Shown here in pieces: positions 48,229-61,369 of a stretch of 64,000 nucleotides of DNA. Source of the DNA: Callorhinchus milii. Taxonomy: Eukaryota. The stretch is from assembly GCF_018977255.1 (NCBI RefSeq), contig NW_024704743.1, forward strand, positions 23,128,001 to 23,192,000, read 5' to 3'. A program made the translations under genes and the position numbers. Position 1 is the stretch's first letter. Every line of letters starts with the position of its first letter. Below the pieces are notes generated by a model. That model made no database searches, was not told the DNA's origin, and worked only from the letters and a program-made list of their open reading frames with translations.

Positions 48229-49466
48229 CTCAGCCCTACCCCAAGGAGTCTAAATTTCCAAATAATTGGCAAAAAAAGCCAAGTCCTACATCTTGCGGGA
48301 AGTGAAGTGTCTCCTACCAACTCATCGGAACTTTGCTCCACCTCCGTTCTCATTGTGTACATCTATGAAACCAGATGTGGCAAAAAGAGGCTACCAGGGG
48401 GAGGTTGGTAAACAGGTCAGCTTCAGGCACACTGGGTGTCATTCGTAAGATCAAATCTTGCACTTCAGACCCTAATATCTCTTACATTCTGTATTTAGTT
48501 TGCCTACAAAATGCACAATCACTACAAATCCTGGGAAGTGCTTTGAGACATCCTCCTGACATGAAAGGCACTACATCACTTGCAAGGGTTATTTTATTAA
48601 GATTATTTTATAAGTACATGTAGTGTATGTAAAGATTGTCAATGCATTGATGGAAAATGTTTCTATTTGGCAATGCTAGCTCTCAATGGTTTTCGCAGAA
48701 GAGGATGGAAGTGTGAAGAAAACCAAAATGACCTTATGGTAGTTTTGAGGGGAACATTTCTGAGCTGGGGATGTGAAGAACAGGGAAATTAGAAGTCTTT
48801 TTTTCTACTCAACAAAATCCATGCCATATTTTGCAAATATTGTGCAGGATATTTGCTTACAAATGCACATTCACTATACTTGACTGGAATCACTTGAGAT
48901 GTTCCAATGTGTTATGTGTTATATCAAATATAATATATATGATATATATCCTTCCAACCACTTTGTTTTTAACGTTCTTCAACATAACCCACACTTTGTT
49001 CCATATTGACGGTGATCTATTTTCACTGAATTCAAATATGCTCATGCATTTAACCATTTTCATTTGTTAAAAAGGGAATTAGAAGGTGTCTGAAATTAAA
49101 TTTGCATTTCCTTAATTCAAAGTTTATTATCAATAATAAATAACCCCACATTTAATACCTACAATTTATATCGTAGCAGTTTACAAAATGATATTTCATT
49201 AATTATTCAATTCTACACCAAATATTTTAGCTTGACCTTCGATCTTCTTCCAACAACCAATGTTTTGCAGAATTTGGTATACACAATAGATGAAACATTA
49301 TTAACTAAGTCAGTGGGTAAATGCCTGCATCTCAGACATTAAAGTGAATGCGGATTTGCTTTTCAGAATTCAACATTCAACTGGAGATTCACTCAGGGCT
49401 AATTTCCTTGAAAGGCCAAGTTATAGAATTTAGAATGAAGAAATCCAAGGTCAGCTTCCTCTTTTT

Positions 49467-49680
49467 ATAATAATAATAATCCTTGCATTTGATATAGTGC
49501 TTTTCACGTCGGGAGGACATCCCAAAGCGCTTCACAGAACACACTGTAAAGTGAATTGACTGTATATTTGTGGGCGAACGCAGCAGCCAATTGCGCACAG
49601 CAATGTCCCACAAACAGTCGTAGATTGAAAATGACCAATTTAATTATTGTTTTTAGTTTTTTTGGAGGGTTTATTATTAA
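49467..49680 (-). mobile_element. tRNA-derived SINE, young subfamily, 5'-truncated
   Basis: TTTCACGTCGGGAGGACATCCCAAAGCGC...CAGTCGTAGATTGAAAATGACC. Confidence 0.92.
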
Positions 49681-50695
49681 TCTTTTTAGTAACCATAGCT
49701 TCTTAATATCTATCCCTGATAGTTTATTATTCTAAAAAATTCTGTTTAATCCTTCATTTAATAAATAGAAAACATTCTTGGCAATATAGGAAGAGAAATT
49801 ATTCCCAGAATTTAATCGATTCTGGATGAAACTGAACCAGAGAATATCGAGCAGAGCCAGCAATAACACAGAATAACCCCACCCCTCAAGATCTCTATCT
49901 TTCTTCTGTACCATTAAGTATATATTTATTTCAGAGTGGGCAAATTACTAGCTCATAACATTAGATTCACAGAACCTTAAAAACCTGATCCCATCAATCA
50001 GTTCTCATGAGAGGAAGATGATTTTCGCCTGTGAAGAAATCAATGAACAATTTTAATGTTTTTTTCCAAAAATCTATACAGATGTGAGAATAAAAAGATA
50101 CGTCTTAATTTCCTAAGTGTTCTTTTAATACAGGATTTCAAAACTTATCAAAAGGAAATCAATTCCGTGGGTTGGCAGAATTAGACTGTAAAGTTAGAGC
50201 ATCAGAATGACTCATGCATGATTAAAACACAAATCTAGCAATAAAAGCACTTTAGTCAGAAAACACACTTTGGACCTTTGCAATTTTTTTTAAGAAATTG
50301 ATATTCTCCCATCCCCAACCCCCTTGGCACAATGGCTGGGCCTGGGCAATTCTCCGTTCTGTTGCTGTTTCTGTTCACAATACTGGTGTTAAAGTGCAGC
50401 TAAAAATAAGATCCCAATTTAACTCAGTCATAACTTGTGAAGCAGCACTCAATCTACCTCCAGGATTGGAGAAAAAAGAAATCACACCAGCATTACTTTT
50501 GGCTGCATAAAGACAACAGAACAAATATAAGGATTATTAACACTATTATAACAAGAGGACATAGGTTTAGGATTGCAAAGGCCAATTTCAACAACAAGAA
50601 CTTGCATTTTTATAGGACCTTTCTCGTGAATAGAGTCTTGGAGCATTTTACAGGGATGTGGCTTGAGGCCGAGCTGGAAAGAGAAGGGAGGTGAT

Positions 50696-51038
50696 TAATA
50701 ATAATAATCCTTGCATTTGATATAATAATAATAGTAATCCTTGCATTTGATATAGCGCTTTTTCACACCTTCTAGACGTCTCAAAGCACTTCACAGAATA
50801 TACTGTAAAGTTAATTGACAGTATATTCGTGGGCGAAACATGGCCGCCAATTGCACAGCAGTATCCCACAAACAGTCGTGGATTGAAAATGACCAATTTA
50901 TTATTGTTTTGTTTTGGAGGGATTATTATTAGGCGTGTGGAGTAAGGAAACTTGCCCAAGGTTTCGCCCTGCCTGGAATTGAACCCAGGTGTCTCGCTAG
51001 CAAGGCAAGTGCTCTAACCACTGAGCTACAGGACTCCA
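50696..51038 (-). mobile_element. tRNA-derived SINE, short form, full length, with a duplicated 3' end
   Basis: Full head; the AATCCTTGCATTTGATA tail block occurs twice (50696-50753). Confidence 0.95.
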
Positions 51039-51365
51039 TATAATAATAATAATAATAATAATCCTTGCATTTGATATAGCGCTTTTCACGTCGGGAGGAC
51101 GTCCCAAAGCGCTTCACAGAATACACTGTAAAGTGAATTGACTGTATATATGTGGGCAAACGCGGCAGCCAATTGCGCACAGCAATGTCCCACAAACAGT
51201 CGTAGATTGAAAATGACCAATTTATTATTGTTTTTAGTTTTGGAGGGATTATTATTAGGCGTGTGGAGTAAGGAAACTTGCCCAAGGTTTCGCCCTGCCT
51301 GGAATTGAACTCAGGTCTCTCGCTTGCAAAGCGAGTGCTCTAACCACTGAGCCACAGGACTCCAC
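51039..51365 (-). mobile_element. tRNA-Ala-derived SINE, short form, young subfamily, full length
   Basis: Complete; tail TTTCACGTCGGGAGGACGTCCCAAAGCGC. Confidence 0.95.
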
Positions 51366-51680
51366 GCACCTATATAGCACCTCATCACATCATTGAGACA
51401 TCTCAAAGCACTTCACAGAATATACAGTAAAGTTAATTGACGGTATATTTTGTGAGCAAAACGCAACAGCCAATTGCGCACAGCGGTGTCTCACAAACAG
51501 TGAATTGAATGCCCAAATTATTATATATTTCTTTTTGGAAGGGATTATTACCCCTGGAATGTCATCCTCCAATCGACAAACAGCCGGATTCCTACTTACT
51601 GCTAGTTAAACAGAGCCATGTGGAGTAAGGAAATTTGTCTAAGTTTTGCCCTGCCGGAAATCGAACCCAGGTCCTCTCGA
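51366..51680 (-). mobile_element. tRNA-derived SINE, long form
   Basis: Contains the long-form insert CCCTGGAATG...CCAATCGAC...CCTACTTACTGCTAG. Confidence 0.88.
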
Positions 51681-52791
51681 TTATGACTGAAGACATAGTC
51701 AAAGTCTTCAGGCGTGATTTGAAGAAGGTTAAAGACAGGGCAAGGTGGAAGGATTGAAACATAGAGTTCCAGAGATTTGTGGCACAGTTAGCTGATAAAG
51801 CTGGTCAGCAGAGGGGACAAGGGACATGCAGAAGACCTGAGCCAGTTGACAAATGCTCTGAAAGGATGAGATCAAATGGGCCAGAGCTTCTTCATTCAAA
51901 CGAATCTTGCACTATCGAAGATGGTGACAGAGCTTTTTTTTTTGCACAAATCAGCCTTAGGAGCAAATCATTGTGCTAAAATCTGGGGAAGGGGGCATTT
52001 ATTTCCATGCCCAGTCCTTACCTATGGGTAAATGTGAAGTTTGATGAAAGATTTGGTGTGGCGATTATTACAGTGAAGCTGGCTTCAAATGCAACAATTT
52101 CCATTCCAGTAATTTAGAATCTTGCCTCATTGATATATAAGAGGCGGCAGGTAAGCTAAAGACCAAGTTAAAGGCCTCCTCCATTGTGGAATTGAATGGA
52201 TACCTCTTATACATCAAGCAGGTTGTCGACAAATTGTTCCTTCAGACTGAAGATTGGGCCAATTGGGAAACTGAATCCTGTAACTCAGTCCTGTCATAGA
52301 ATCAATAAATATGATGCTGAAGACAAGCTGCTGTTTCGAAACATAAATTATTCTGAGAATGTGACATGGTGCAAGGAAGTGAGAGAAAGCTACCCAAATG
52401 AATTATCTCATCAATGGCACTCTGTGTTTTAAAGCCTTTTTCTCATGTTTACATACCATTAGCCAGCTAGTCAGTGGCAAATTGGGTCTATTTAACATAT
52501 CCGATGGCACCATCAATCACTGGGTCCAGGTCTCAGTAGAAGGCTGTGACAAGCTGTGCCGACTTGCTGAATTGCCAATCAGACAGGAGATGAGCCAGTA
52601 CTGCTTTAACTATCACATGCCAAGTGCCAATTCAGTTTAGTTCAGAACCCCAGAAATCATATTCAGGCTGTTCTAGGGAGCTGCATACACTTCTGCTTGC
52701 AATGACATAAAAGGGCTGTCCAGGCTTGTACAGTGCAGAGCAATGGGTTGATATTCAGTGTTAGAGGAATAATCTAATGAGCAATGATTAA

Positions 52792-53152
52792 ACAATAATA
52801 ATCCTTGAATTTGATATAGGTCCTTATGATGTCTTTGAGACATCTCATAGCGCTTCACAGAATATACAGTAAAGTAAATTGACTGTATATTTTGTGGGCA
52901 AAATGCGGCAGCCAATTGCACACAGCAGTGTCCCATGAACAGTAGTAGATTGAGTGACCAAATTATTATTTTTTTAAGGGATTATTACCCCTGGAAAAGC
53001 GATCTGCCAAACAACTAACAACCGGGTTCCAACTTACTGTTAGGAAAACAGGCGTGTGGAAACTTGTCTCGTGTTTTGCCCTGCTGGGAATCAAACCGAG
53101 GTCCTCTTGCTTGCGAGTCGAGTGCTCTAACTAATATACTACAGGACTTTAC
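52792..53152 (-). mobile_element. tRNA-derived SINE, long form, full length
   Basis: Long-form insert at about 52988-53050; head ...GAGTGCTCTAAC...CTACAGGACT. Confidence 0.88.
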
Positions 53153-54499
53153 ATACAGTAGAGGGATCTGCTTTGACAAAATGGTAGAGTGAAAGCAATG
53201 GACTATGAAAATCTTTGTTGAAATGAATCAACTTAGAAATTTCTAAATCTTTTTATAATACTTGTGAACTTTGGCATATTAAATTTTTTGGACACAAGAG
53301 ATGATAAAGTGGTTATTTAGCCTCATCTCAATTATTCATACCAATTACTAAAAGTTGTTGTACATCTCTGTTTAATGCAGCCTACATATTAGTGAATTAG
53401 CTAAAATGATATCTATAAAATTGGAATAAACTGCACATCAATCCAGGCCAATCTCACTTTGTTAATATAAATTGTACCAATAATTGGGAGAAATGTATTC
53501 GATTTAATTTATGCATCAAAGATTATTTTGCTACGCATCAATGAATATTCCTTATTGTGTTATAAGGTTGTTAGATGCGGAAAAGCACTTGACAGGGTCA
53601 AATAGCAATTTGATTTCACACATTATGTGATTATGTTTAATTAAACAGATCAACATTGTATGGAACTGTCTGAGGCAAAGTTCCTTACTGAAAGGGCATG
53701 TTGCCTCTAGCAAAAGAGATGTTTTCTGTCCACTGGCAGAGAGGTTTGCCCTCTTGTAAGGGATGGCCAAGGTTTTTTTCTCCAATGCTGCCACTTAAAG
53801 ATCTTAGAATAATATTTTTTACATTTATTATAGCCCCTATAATGTTGAGAAAACCTTAAGCTACATCATATTTTTTCTGTAAAGTATAGTGACTGCATTT
53901 GTTGCTTCAGTGCTGTGTGATGTGGCCCACAGTACAAATAAGATTCCACAGCTCAAGTGGTTAAAGATGAGGTTCTATTTGAAAAGCTCCAGTCATATCA
54001 ATGCAGCATTAGGGATTGTACCTCAACTCTTCCAAAGGAGACACTTGACAAGATGATCCATCAATGATAAATGCACTGTGTTTGTTCAGATCTTGCCAGA
54101 AAAGATTATGAAACATCTGGTACTGCAAGTAAAGAAGCATGGCATTAAATAAACTTGCTCTGTATGCAAATGGGGTGATAATATTTATCAAAACTCCTGC
54201 CAGTATAGGTCTAATTTTATTAAAGGTGAAGGCTTACCTGGATTAAATTCCTTCCCTCCAGATACGTCTTGTCATTTATTTTATCTGGATGATTGATTGA
54301 GATAATACAGTGCTTTCTGTTTCAGTTGGGCTGACAGAGCCGATTCAGTTCCAACACTTCTCAAAAATTAGTCTTAAGAAATTGGTTTCACCAGAAGATG
54401 GGGAGGAGGCACCATGCATCCTGCCTGATTATATTGCCTTTGGTTCAGTACTAAGCGACATTTGTAATGTATATGAATCCAGGGTCACGAGCTGTGTCC

Positions 54500-54810
54500 C
54501 CTCGTTTTAAGGAGGTGGAACAGGGGAGGTTGAGAAGAACCCAATAGGGATCTTTAAGATTAAGAGGGATTTTGGCAGCGTAGATAGAGAGAAATTATTT
54601 CCACTGGCTGGTGAATCAATGACTGGATAGTTAGCAAGAGAGTAAACAAGGGAGATCTTTACAAAGCGAAGAATACATTGTTTTTACATAGGAAGTGGAG
54701 TAAGAGGTGAGTATTGAAAGCTGTGAACAGTTCAATCGTTTTCTGACCAAGATAATAGCATAGTGATTAGATATGATTAGATATGACTGAATGAAGGAGG
54801 AGGAGAGATC
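54500..54810 (+). mobile_element. Old CR1 3' fragment
   Basis: GGAGGTTGAGAAGAACCCAATAGGGATCTTTAAGATT...GATAGAGAGAAATTATTTCCACTGG (RLR..LI..FK...D.EKLFPL). Confidence 0.6.
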
Positions 54811-55074
54811 TGAGAGTGAGGGAGCAACAGAGGTTCCTTTACCAATTAATGTCAAGTGGTTGCTCAATATGACTGTTGCACTACTACACTCTGTTTAAAT
54901 GCAGCCACTAAATATTGCAACCCCATACATCAAGGCTGGTGTCTGTCAAATGCTAAGCCATTGCCCTGTAATAACTGGCCTTTTCACTTAGTACAGTCTC
55001 TTCACACCAATGTTCAACCTTACCCTAGGTTTCCTCATTGTACAGTGTAAGTAAGGGTTGTGATGATTCATGGT

Positions 55075-55550
55075 AACATTGCATTATAGGAACAGGAGGA
55101 GGCCATTCAGCCCATTGGTACTGTTCTACCATTTCATTAAATCATAGCAAATCTTCTAATCCCATTTCCACATGTCCCTTAATACCCTTATCTCACAAGT
55201 CTCTCTTTTAAAGATCCAAATTGATTCAGCATCAGTGGCTTTCTGTGGTAGTGCATTCCACATCTTCAAAACCCTTTGTGTGAAGAAATATTTTTGGATC
55301 TCAGTTTCTAAATTGGCTCTAATTTTTAGATTATATCCCATGTGGAGTGCTCCTGTGTGGGAAGGAAAAGAAAAATAGGGAGAAAACAAAGTATTGTTCT
55401 CTGCTTCTTCAAATCTCCCTGGACTATTCGCCATTCTTTGTTTAGAGAAAAACCAAATGACTCCTACATGTTCCCTGTCACTGTTAAATCTTTTTCTCCC
55501 TCGCACCAGAGTAGTACTTTGCATCCTCTCAGCACTTTCTCCTCTCCTCA
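55075..55550 (-). mobile_element. CR1 3' end
   Basis: QKYFFTQRVLKMWNALPQKA; tail GGAACAGGAGGAGGCCATTCAGCCC. Confidence 0.82.
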
Positions 55551-55734
55551 CTGATTGCTTACCCTAGGCTCGACGAGGAGTGAGGCAAAATGTGCCAATG
55601 TTACCTCACTTCATTAAGTATCTTTTTAACATGGGAATCCGTATTGCAGATTTGGCTTATAGCCAAAGGTAATAATAACCTAGTGATAGCGTACTCCCTC
55701 AATTGCTTAATTATACTATAAATAATAATAATCC

Positions 55735-55870
55735 TTGTTAAATGTGTCATGGGATCTTTAAGATCCCCTGAGCAATCAGACAGCATATGGGTTTAACGTC
55801 TTAACTGCAGGAATGCACTTCTGACAATGCCTCACTCCCCCAGCACTGCACTGGAGGGTCTATTAGTTCA
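55735..55870 (-). mobile_element. DeuSINE-type fragment
   Basis: GTGTCATGGGATCTTTA...GGTTTAACGTC...CACTCCCCCAGCACTGCACTGGAG. Confidence 0.65.
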
Positions 55871-55949
55871 AGTCAAACTAGATGGACCTTCGTGTTTTTT
55901 CATCTAGCATTTCTTATGTAAGTCTAGATGTGTGATTTGAACTCAGGGA

Positions 55950-56020
55950 CACTCTTGGATACTGAGAAGCACGGTGGTAGGTTTCTACATGTGTCAGATA
56001 CCTGTCTGACCAAAAATAAA
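55950..56020 (+). repeat. Unassigned repeat family X, 3' end only
   Basis: TTGGATAC...AAGCACGGTGGTAGGTTTCTACATGTGTCAGATACCTGTCTGACCAAAAATAAA. Confidence 0.7.
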
Positions 56021-57429
56021 CACTTAAATTTCATGACCTTTGGATTTGAAGCCTATCAACTATCAACTGAGCCATAATGCATTTGAATCTGAATAGGCTA
56101 TTAGAGCAACCCACATTTTAGACTCCTATTGGCTTAAATGTTAAAGGGAAATGTAAACCATCTTTAGAACACACAATTGTCATTGAATGTATATTAAATT
56201 ATATTAAAGTTGCTTTAAATGGTAGATAGCAGAGTGAAATATATATGTTTTTAAATACTGTTTCTCACAATACAATATAAAACATGCTATCATTGGGAGA
56301 AAGTTTTCTGAAGCTATTTATTGCACAAGTATTGATTTCTTTCTTAATGGATTTCAACAGCAACTACTCTATAATTTAGTTTAAATAAAACTAGTTTATT
56401 TGGTGAATGATTAATGGTTGGCATGTGAGGTTGAGTGTATGCGTTACATAGTATAGAGTGTAGCTTTTGATTAAGTAAACTGTGATAGCAGACAGGCTCT
56501 GCTGCCTCAGATTTCTTGTTAGCAGTGAAAGTGAAATCCTGGGAGAGTATGAAAGGCTGAGAACAAATGTGTTGTGTGCGGCAACCTGTCTAGGAATGAC
56601 AGGAACAACTGAAGGGAAACACATGTACGTAAGCACAAAGTTCTATCCAAAGTTACAAAGGTGAGAAAATGCCATGCTCCACCCATCCATAAATACTGTA
56701 ACAGATTTGGGTGTTGAGAGGGAGAGCAAAAATATTGTGCTTTTCAATGGACTTTGGCAGTTGAGAGCATGCATTTGTCACAACACACTGAATAGTGGCT
56801 CTGACATCCTGCTGGATTACTGGTTAGGAAAAATAAGACAGACCCTTCAGTACGTCCTCCCACTACAATTTTCTTAGAGACAGGTCCATGGCATTTATTA
56901 TCTGGTTGCCTTATCTTTTTGTGGAGAGACAAATACAAGGGATTCATGCCGATGGTGGGGTGTGGTCATTGCCCTTTCATGGGTGTGAAGGTGGCCTGTG
57001 GATCCCAACAGCAGTTAGGAAAGGTGCTTGCATAATGAAAGCTTCAATAACAGGAATGAAGAATCTGAGACATTTAGTTCAGAGAACACAAGATTCCCAA
57101 CTGTTAGATCAAAAGTTCAGACAAGCTGGCAAATAATCTTCGCCCCTGGATTCCCATATGTGATGGCATTAAACGCTGAAGGCTTTAATGTATTTATACC
57201 ATTCCATTTGAATATCAATCCAATTGGATATCACCAAGTGATCACCCTTCTGATCCCAGAATACCCAGCAAGACCACGACAGAGTGAAAAAGCTGTGGTC
57301 AGCAAGAAATGCCAGCTGGAAAATAGCCAGCCATTTCCCACATCGAACATTTCCCTCACTAGCTATTTGTTTCACCAACCATTTATCTCACCTGTCATTT
57401 ACTACACAAAACATTTCTCTACCAAACGC

Positions 57430-57640
57430 TGATAAGTGTACATTGGCAAGACCCAAGGCTTGGGGAGCTCAGAGTTTGCATTGAAGTATTGATGTAGTTC
57501 AACCAGCTAAAACCACATGGCTTGCCATTGAAAGCACTGTCTTGCAAGCTTCCTGCTGCTTATCCAAATCGGACTGCACTGTCCATTAAGCCTATGGCTT
57601 GCAGGATTGACAGGAGCTGAGTGGGAAGATTGCCTGACCC
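57430..57640 (-). repeat. Unassigned repeat family X, internal fragment
   Basis: TTGGCAAGACCCAAGGCTTGGGGA...GCTTGCCATTGAAAGCACTGTC...ACAGGAGCTGAGTGGGAAGAT. Confidence 0.78.
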
Positions 57641-57774
57641 CTTGTGATTTGTTTCACCAGTTATTTTGCAAACTTTTTCAATTTGTGAATTGTTATTTGA
57701 GAATTTAAAAAACCAGAACTTGCAAATTACACAGTTTACCAATATTGCAAGTTAGATCCCAATGTGATTGTGCA

Positions 57775-58678
57775 TTTGTCCTTCCTACTCCACATCCAAT
57801 CCCTGACCAGGACCGCTTTCCTCCACCTCACGTTACTGAGCTCAAGAGAAGCTGTTGACTCATATTTTGTAGTAGGCATTTGCTGTGTTTATGGTACACA
57901 ACATTCACCCACAAAATACACAGTTACTACACTTTACAGTATATCCTATGAAGCACTTTGAGATTTCACCCTGATGTGAAAGGCCCTATACCAAGTTAAA
58001 GATTATTGTTATTAGAGAACAAGTTCTAAGAGTCAGCTATTTCTCTGGGCTTATGTATTATAGATTTCTTCTTGTTGACTGCCTCTGACCATACTTCACA
58101 CCAAATGCAACTGAAACCCTTATCCACGCTTTCATCACCTCCTGCCTCGATTTCTCCAATGTCCTTATTTGCAGTCTCCCCAGCTCCACCATTCACAAAT
58201 CCAATTCATTCAAAACTCTGCTGTCTGTATCCTAAGCTATATCAAACTCTGCATCAACATCACCCCAGTCTTTGCCGAGCTCCACTGGTTCCCTGTTGCA
58301 GAACAGATCAATTTAAAAATCCTCACACTACAAATCACTTCATGCCCTAGCACCACCCTATCTCTCAAACCTGCTCACACTCCACTACTTCCTGCGTTTG
58401 CACAGCCAGCTCCAGCCTTCTGCATCCCTCCACACCACCATTCGTGGCCAAGCTTTCAGCCACTGTGCCCTGAAACTCTGGAACTCTCTGCCTCAATCCC
58501 TCTACCTTTCCCCCTCTTTGCCCATCTTCAATTTGCACCTGAAGACTTTTGTCTTCAACTGTGCCTATGGTCACCTCTCCTCTATATCTGGCTTGGTGTC
58601 AAACTCTGCCATTGTTAAACACTCCAAGACACTACCCTGCGTGAAAGGCAGGATACAAATGCAAGTTGTTTTTGTTGT
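57775..58678 (+). mobile_element. L2 3' fragment (tail type C) interrupted by a 240-bp insertion
   Basis: TCCTTCCTACTCCACATCCAATCCCTGACCAGGACCGCTTTC before the insertion; ELHWFPV, LWNSLPQ and LKTFVF after it. Confidence 0.85.
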
Positions 58679-59664
58679 CATTCACAGAATAAACTGCAAT
58701 ACTTATAGGACTGGACTCTGTCCCAATCCAAAAGAAATCCTTGCTGTAAGCAGATGCTGAGAGCCAAAAGATTCAATGATTTGTTCGCATTCCATTAAAA
58801 GCGTATCTGTTACCTTATATTTCACCTGCTTCTGCTGCTAGTTTTGTCAAGGGAAATAAATGTAATGAACTGTCCTTGTGACAACAGTCAAAGCACCTGA
58901 GACATGGCTGGCTGATGCAGATATGTTCCCCATAGGCAACTGCATTAGCCCAATGTAGGAAAAGGGCAATGCTAATGTGACCTTTCAGGTACAGGCAGAG
59001 TATTAATTCTGCTGGATGGGATCAAGATTACCCCAGTGAACTTATCACATGGCTTTGACAATGTCCTCTTGTTCAGCCAGTTTGCTTGAGCGCTCATTTG
59101 TTGAGGGAAATATATTTGTTAAAACAACAATTCCTCTCCAGGGGTCCCCCTGCATTTCCCTTCTGGCTGTAATCCACCCATTAGATGTGTTATTTGCATT
59201 TTCGCTGGATTGGCATTCCATAGTCTCATTATAGTGCTTACATAGGTTGAGTTGTGCTGGCAGGAATTACAATAGTCACCTAAAAACAAATTGCATTTAT
59301 TGTAAACAGTGCCTTTCACATCAGGAGGATGTTTCAATGGCTGAAAATATTTGTCTGAATACTTGCACAAGTACAGAGTTTTTTGCCAGCAATTTATTCT
59401 ACCAAATATTATACAAGGCCAGACAAGTTACTGAGCTCAAGAGAAGCTGTTGACTCATATTTTGCAGTAGGCATTTGCTATGTTTATGGTACAGAATGTT
59501 CACCCACAAAACACACAGTCACTTCACTTTACAGTATATCCTGTGAAGTACTTTGAGATGTCATCCTGACGTGAAAGATGCTATACCAAATGTAAAGATT
59601 ATTGTTATTACAGAATAACTTCTACCAGTCAGCTTTCTCTGGGCTTCTGTATTATAGATTTCTT
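57832..59664 (+). repeat. Local direct repeat, about 240 bp (57832-58070 and 59427-59664)
   Basis: Both copies start GTTACTGAGCTCAAGAGAAGCTGTTGACTCATATTTTG and end GTATTATAGATTTCTT; each includes a SINE tail plus non-SINE flank. Confidence 0.92.
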
Positions 59665-59775
59665 TTTGCTTACACTGAAAACTAGATTCTACTGTGCCAG
59701 CAGCAACACACAAAGACCCAGAGGTGGCAAATGTGCACAGCTCACAATTCCCCAGATAAATTGGTGATTGACTTC

Positions 59776-60557
59776 AATAACAACAACAACTTCCATTTAT
59801 ATAATAGCGTCTTTCGCTTCGAGAGGATGATGGACAGTTGAGGGTTTGCACCCAAACTAGCGATTGCATTTGAGAGGACTTGGGGACACAGACAGGTGGG
59901 GGTAGGAAGATGACCAAATGTGCTGTCAAAGAGGAGTCTTGAGATAGACTTTGAAGGAGGTGAGAGAAAGGGTGGGAGAAGGGACTCTGAGATGGAGTTT
60001 CAGAAGGTGTAGGCAGAAAGACTGAAGGCCCAACCAGCGATGTTATGGCGAACATCAGGTGTGGCGTTCCACCACAAACCACATGTCCACTTCACCCAAA
60101 CCCCACTCTAGTTGGCGTTTGTATGAAGTGAACATATGGTTTGTGGTAGAACTCCACAGCTCCCGACGTTCTTTCTGGTCCTTCATATGAGAGTGAGAAG
60201 CAGTCAACAACAACAACAAAATTACATTTATACAGTGCCTTTCACATCGGGAGGACGTCCCAAAGCGCTGAACAGTCAGATGTCGGGGCCCGAGCATGGG
60301 GGAGGGGTGGTATAGGGGTGAGGGAAGGCAGAGAGGTAGGAGCGAGACCAAAGGCATGGTCGAAGAGAAGGGTCTTGAGACTGATCTTGAAGGATGCAAG
60401 GGAGGAAGCGAGGTGAAGGAACCATGGGATGGAGTTCCAGAGTGTGGGAGCAGAGAGGCTGAAAGCCCGACCACTGATGGTAGGGTGGGTTGGGCGGGAG
60501 ACATGGAGCAGGCCGGAGCCTGATGAGCAGAGGGAGCGGCAGGTTGGTAGGGAGTCA
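59776..60557 (-). mobile_element. Two L2 3' fragments (59776-60050 and 60206-60557)
   Basis: (AAC)n tails; GATGGAGTT(T/C)CAGA; TPYQPA in the minus-strand ORF. Confidence 0.85.
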
Positions 60558-60907
60558 AAGCTAAATGGAGACGTTTTCTGAGTGTTCTTTACTATTCAGT
60601 ACAGTTGATGTTGACACCATCAGCAACAATGGCATTTCCACCATTATGGGTTTTTATAGTCATGCCCCCTTCTCTTCCCCCCCCCTTCGCAGTCTCTGTG
60701 TGCAGTCTGGTTTCATAGCTGATATCTACAACTCCAATGAGTAGCACTGTCTACACAAAGCAGTGACAATACTACTCCCAATCCAAATGCCATACCAATA
60801 TAAACATATAGCCAAATGTTTCACTACCCGTTTATTTCAAATGAAGCCATAATTATATTTTTACTTAAATCAGGCTCTGTTAAAATTGAATTGTTGTCAA
60901 TAATATT

Positions 60908-61066
60908 GGGCTTAAAGATTTTGTGCAGAAAAGCAAACGCAGCGATTTATAACTAGCAGGAACTGCACTTCTGTTCTCCTGTGAGACTTTTAACGCATTA
61001 GCACGTGTTTTTTAGCACATTACGCCGATGTTGCGGACAAATTCTGCGCAGCAAAATCCAACCCCC
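60908..61066. mobile_element. Candidate old MITE with GGG..GATTTTG terminal inverted repeats
   Basis: Left GGGCTTAAAGATTTTGTGCAGAA versus reverse complement of the right end GGGGTTGGATTTTGCTGCGCAGAA. Confidence 0.45.
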
Positions 61067-61369
61067 ACTCCCAGAAATCATTACAGCAACTGCCTAACCT
61101 GTCTATAACTGAAGACGAATGACCTCTTTACTCAGGATTTGTGTCAATCTGCTCTGCATCTCCACCGCATGCAAATTCCAGCTTTTATAAATAGGTAATG
61201 ACTATTTAAAATGGTCAGGAGACACATTAGAGAGAAATTGGACAGGCTGCTATTCTTTTTAGCAGATGATACAATATAAATATAATGGAGTTCTCCTCCC
61301 CTGCCCCACCTTATGTTAAAGGGGAAAATTCCATTGATCAATCTGACTTGTTACACTTTCTGCTTTCTA

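Larger units (their letters stand above)
50590..51870 (-). mobile_element. Old L2 3' fragment (50590-50695 and 51684-51870) hosting three SINEs
   Basis: AACAACAAGAACTTGCATTTTTATAG before the SINEs; AAAGTCTTCAGGCG...GAGTTCCAGAG after them. Confidence 0.65.

Noticed and set aside
50648..51285. Repeated MGKFPYST... small-protein family
   Set aside because: Incidental TTG-started frames within SINE copies, with frame changes between copies.
56523..56628. Possible plus-strand exon (TTCTTGTTAG ... AC/GTAAGC)
   Set aside because: Splice-like signals of this strength are expected by chance, and the translation is not recognisable.
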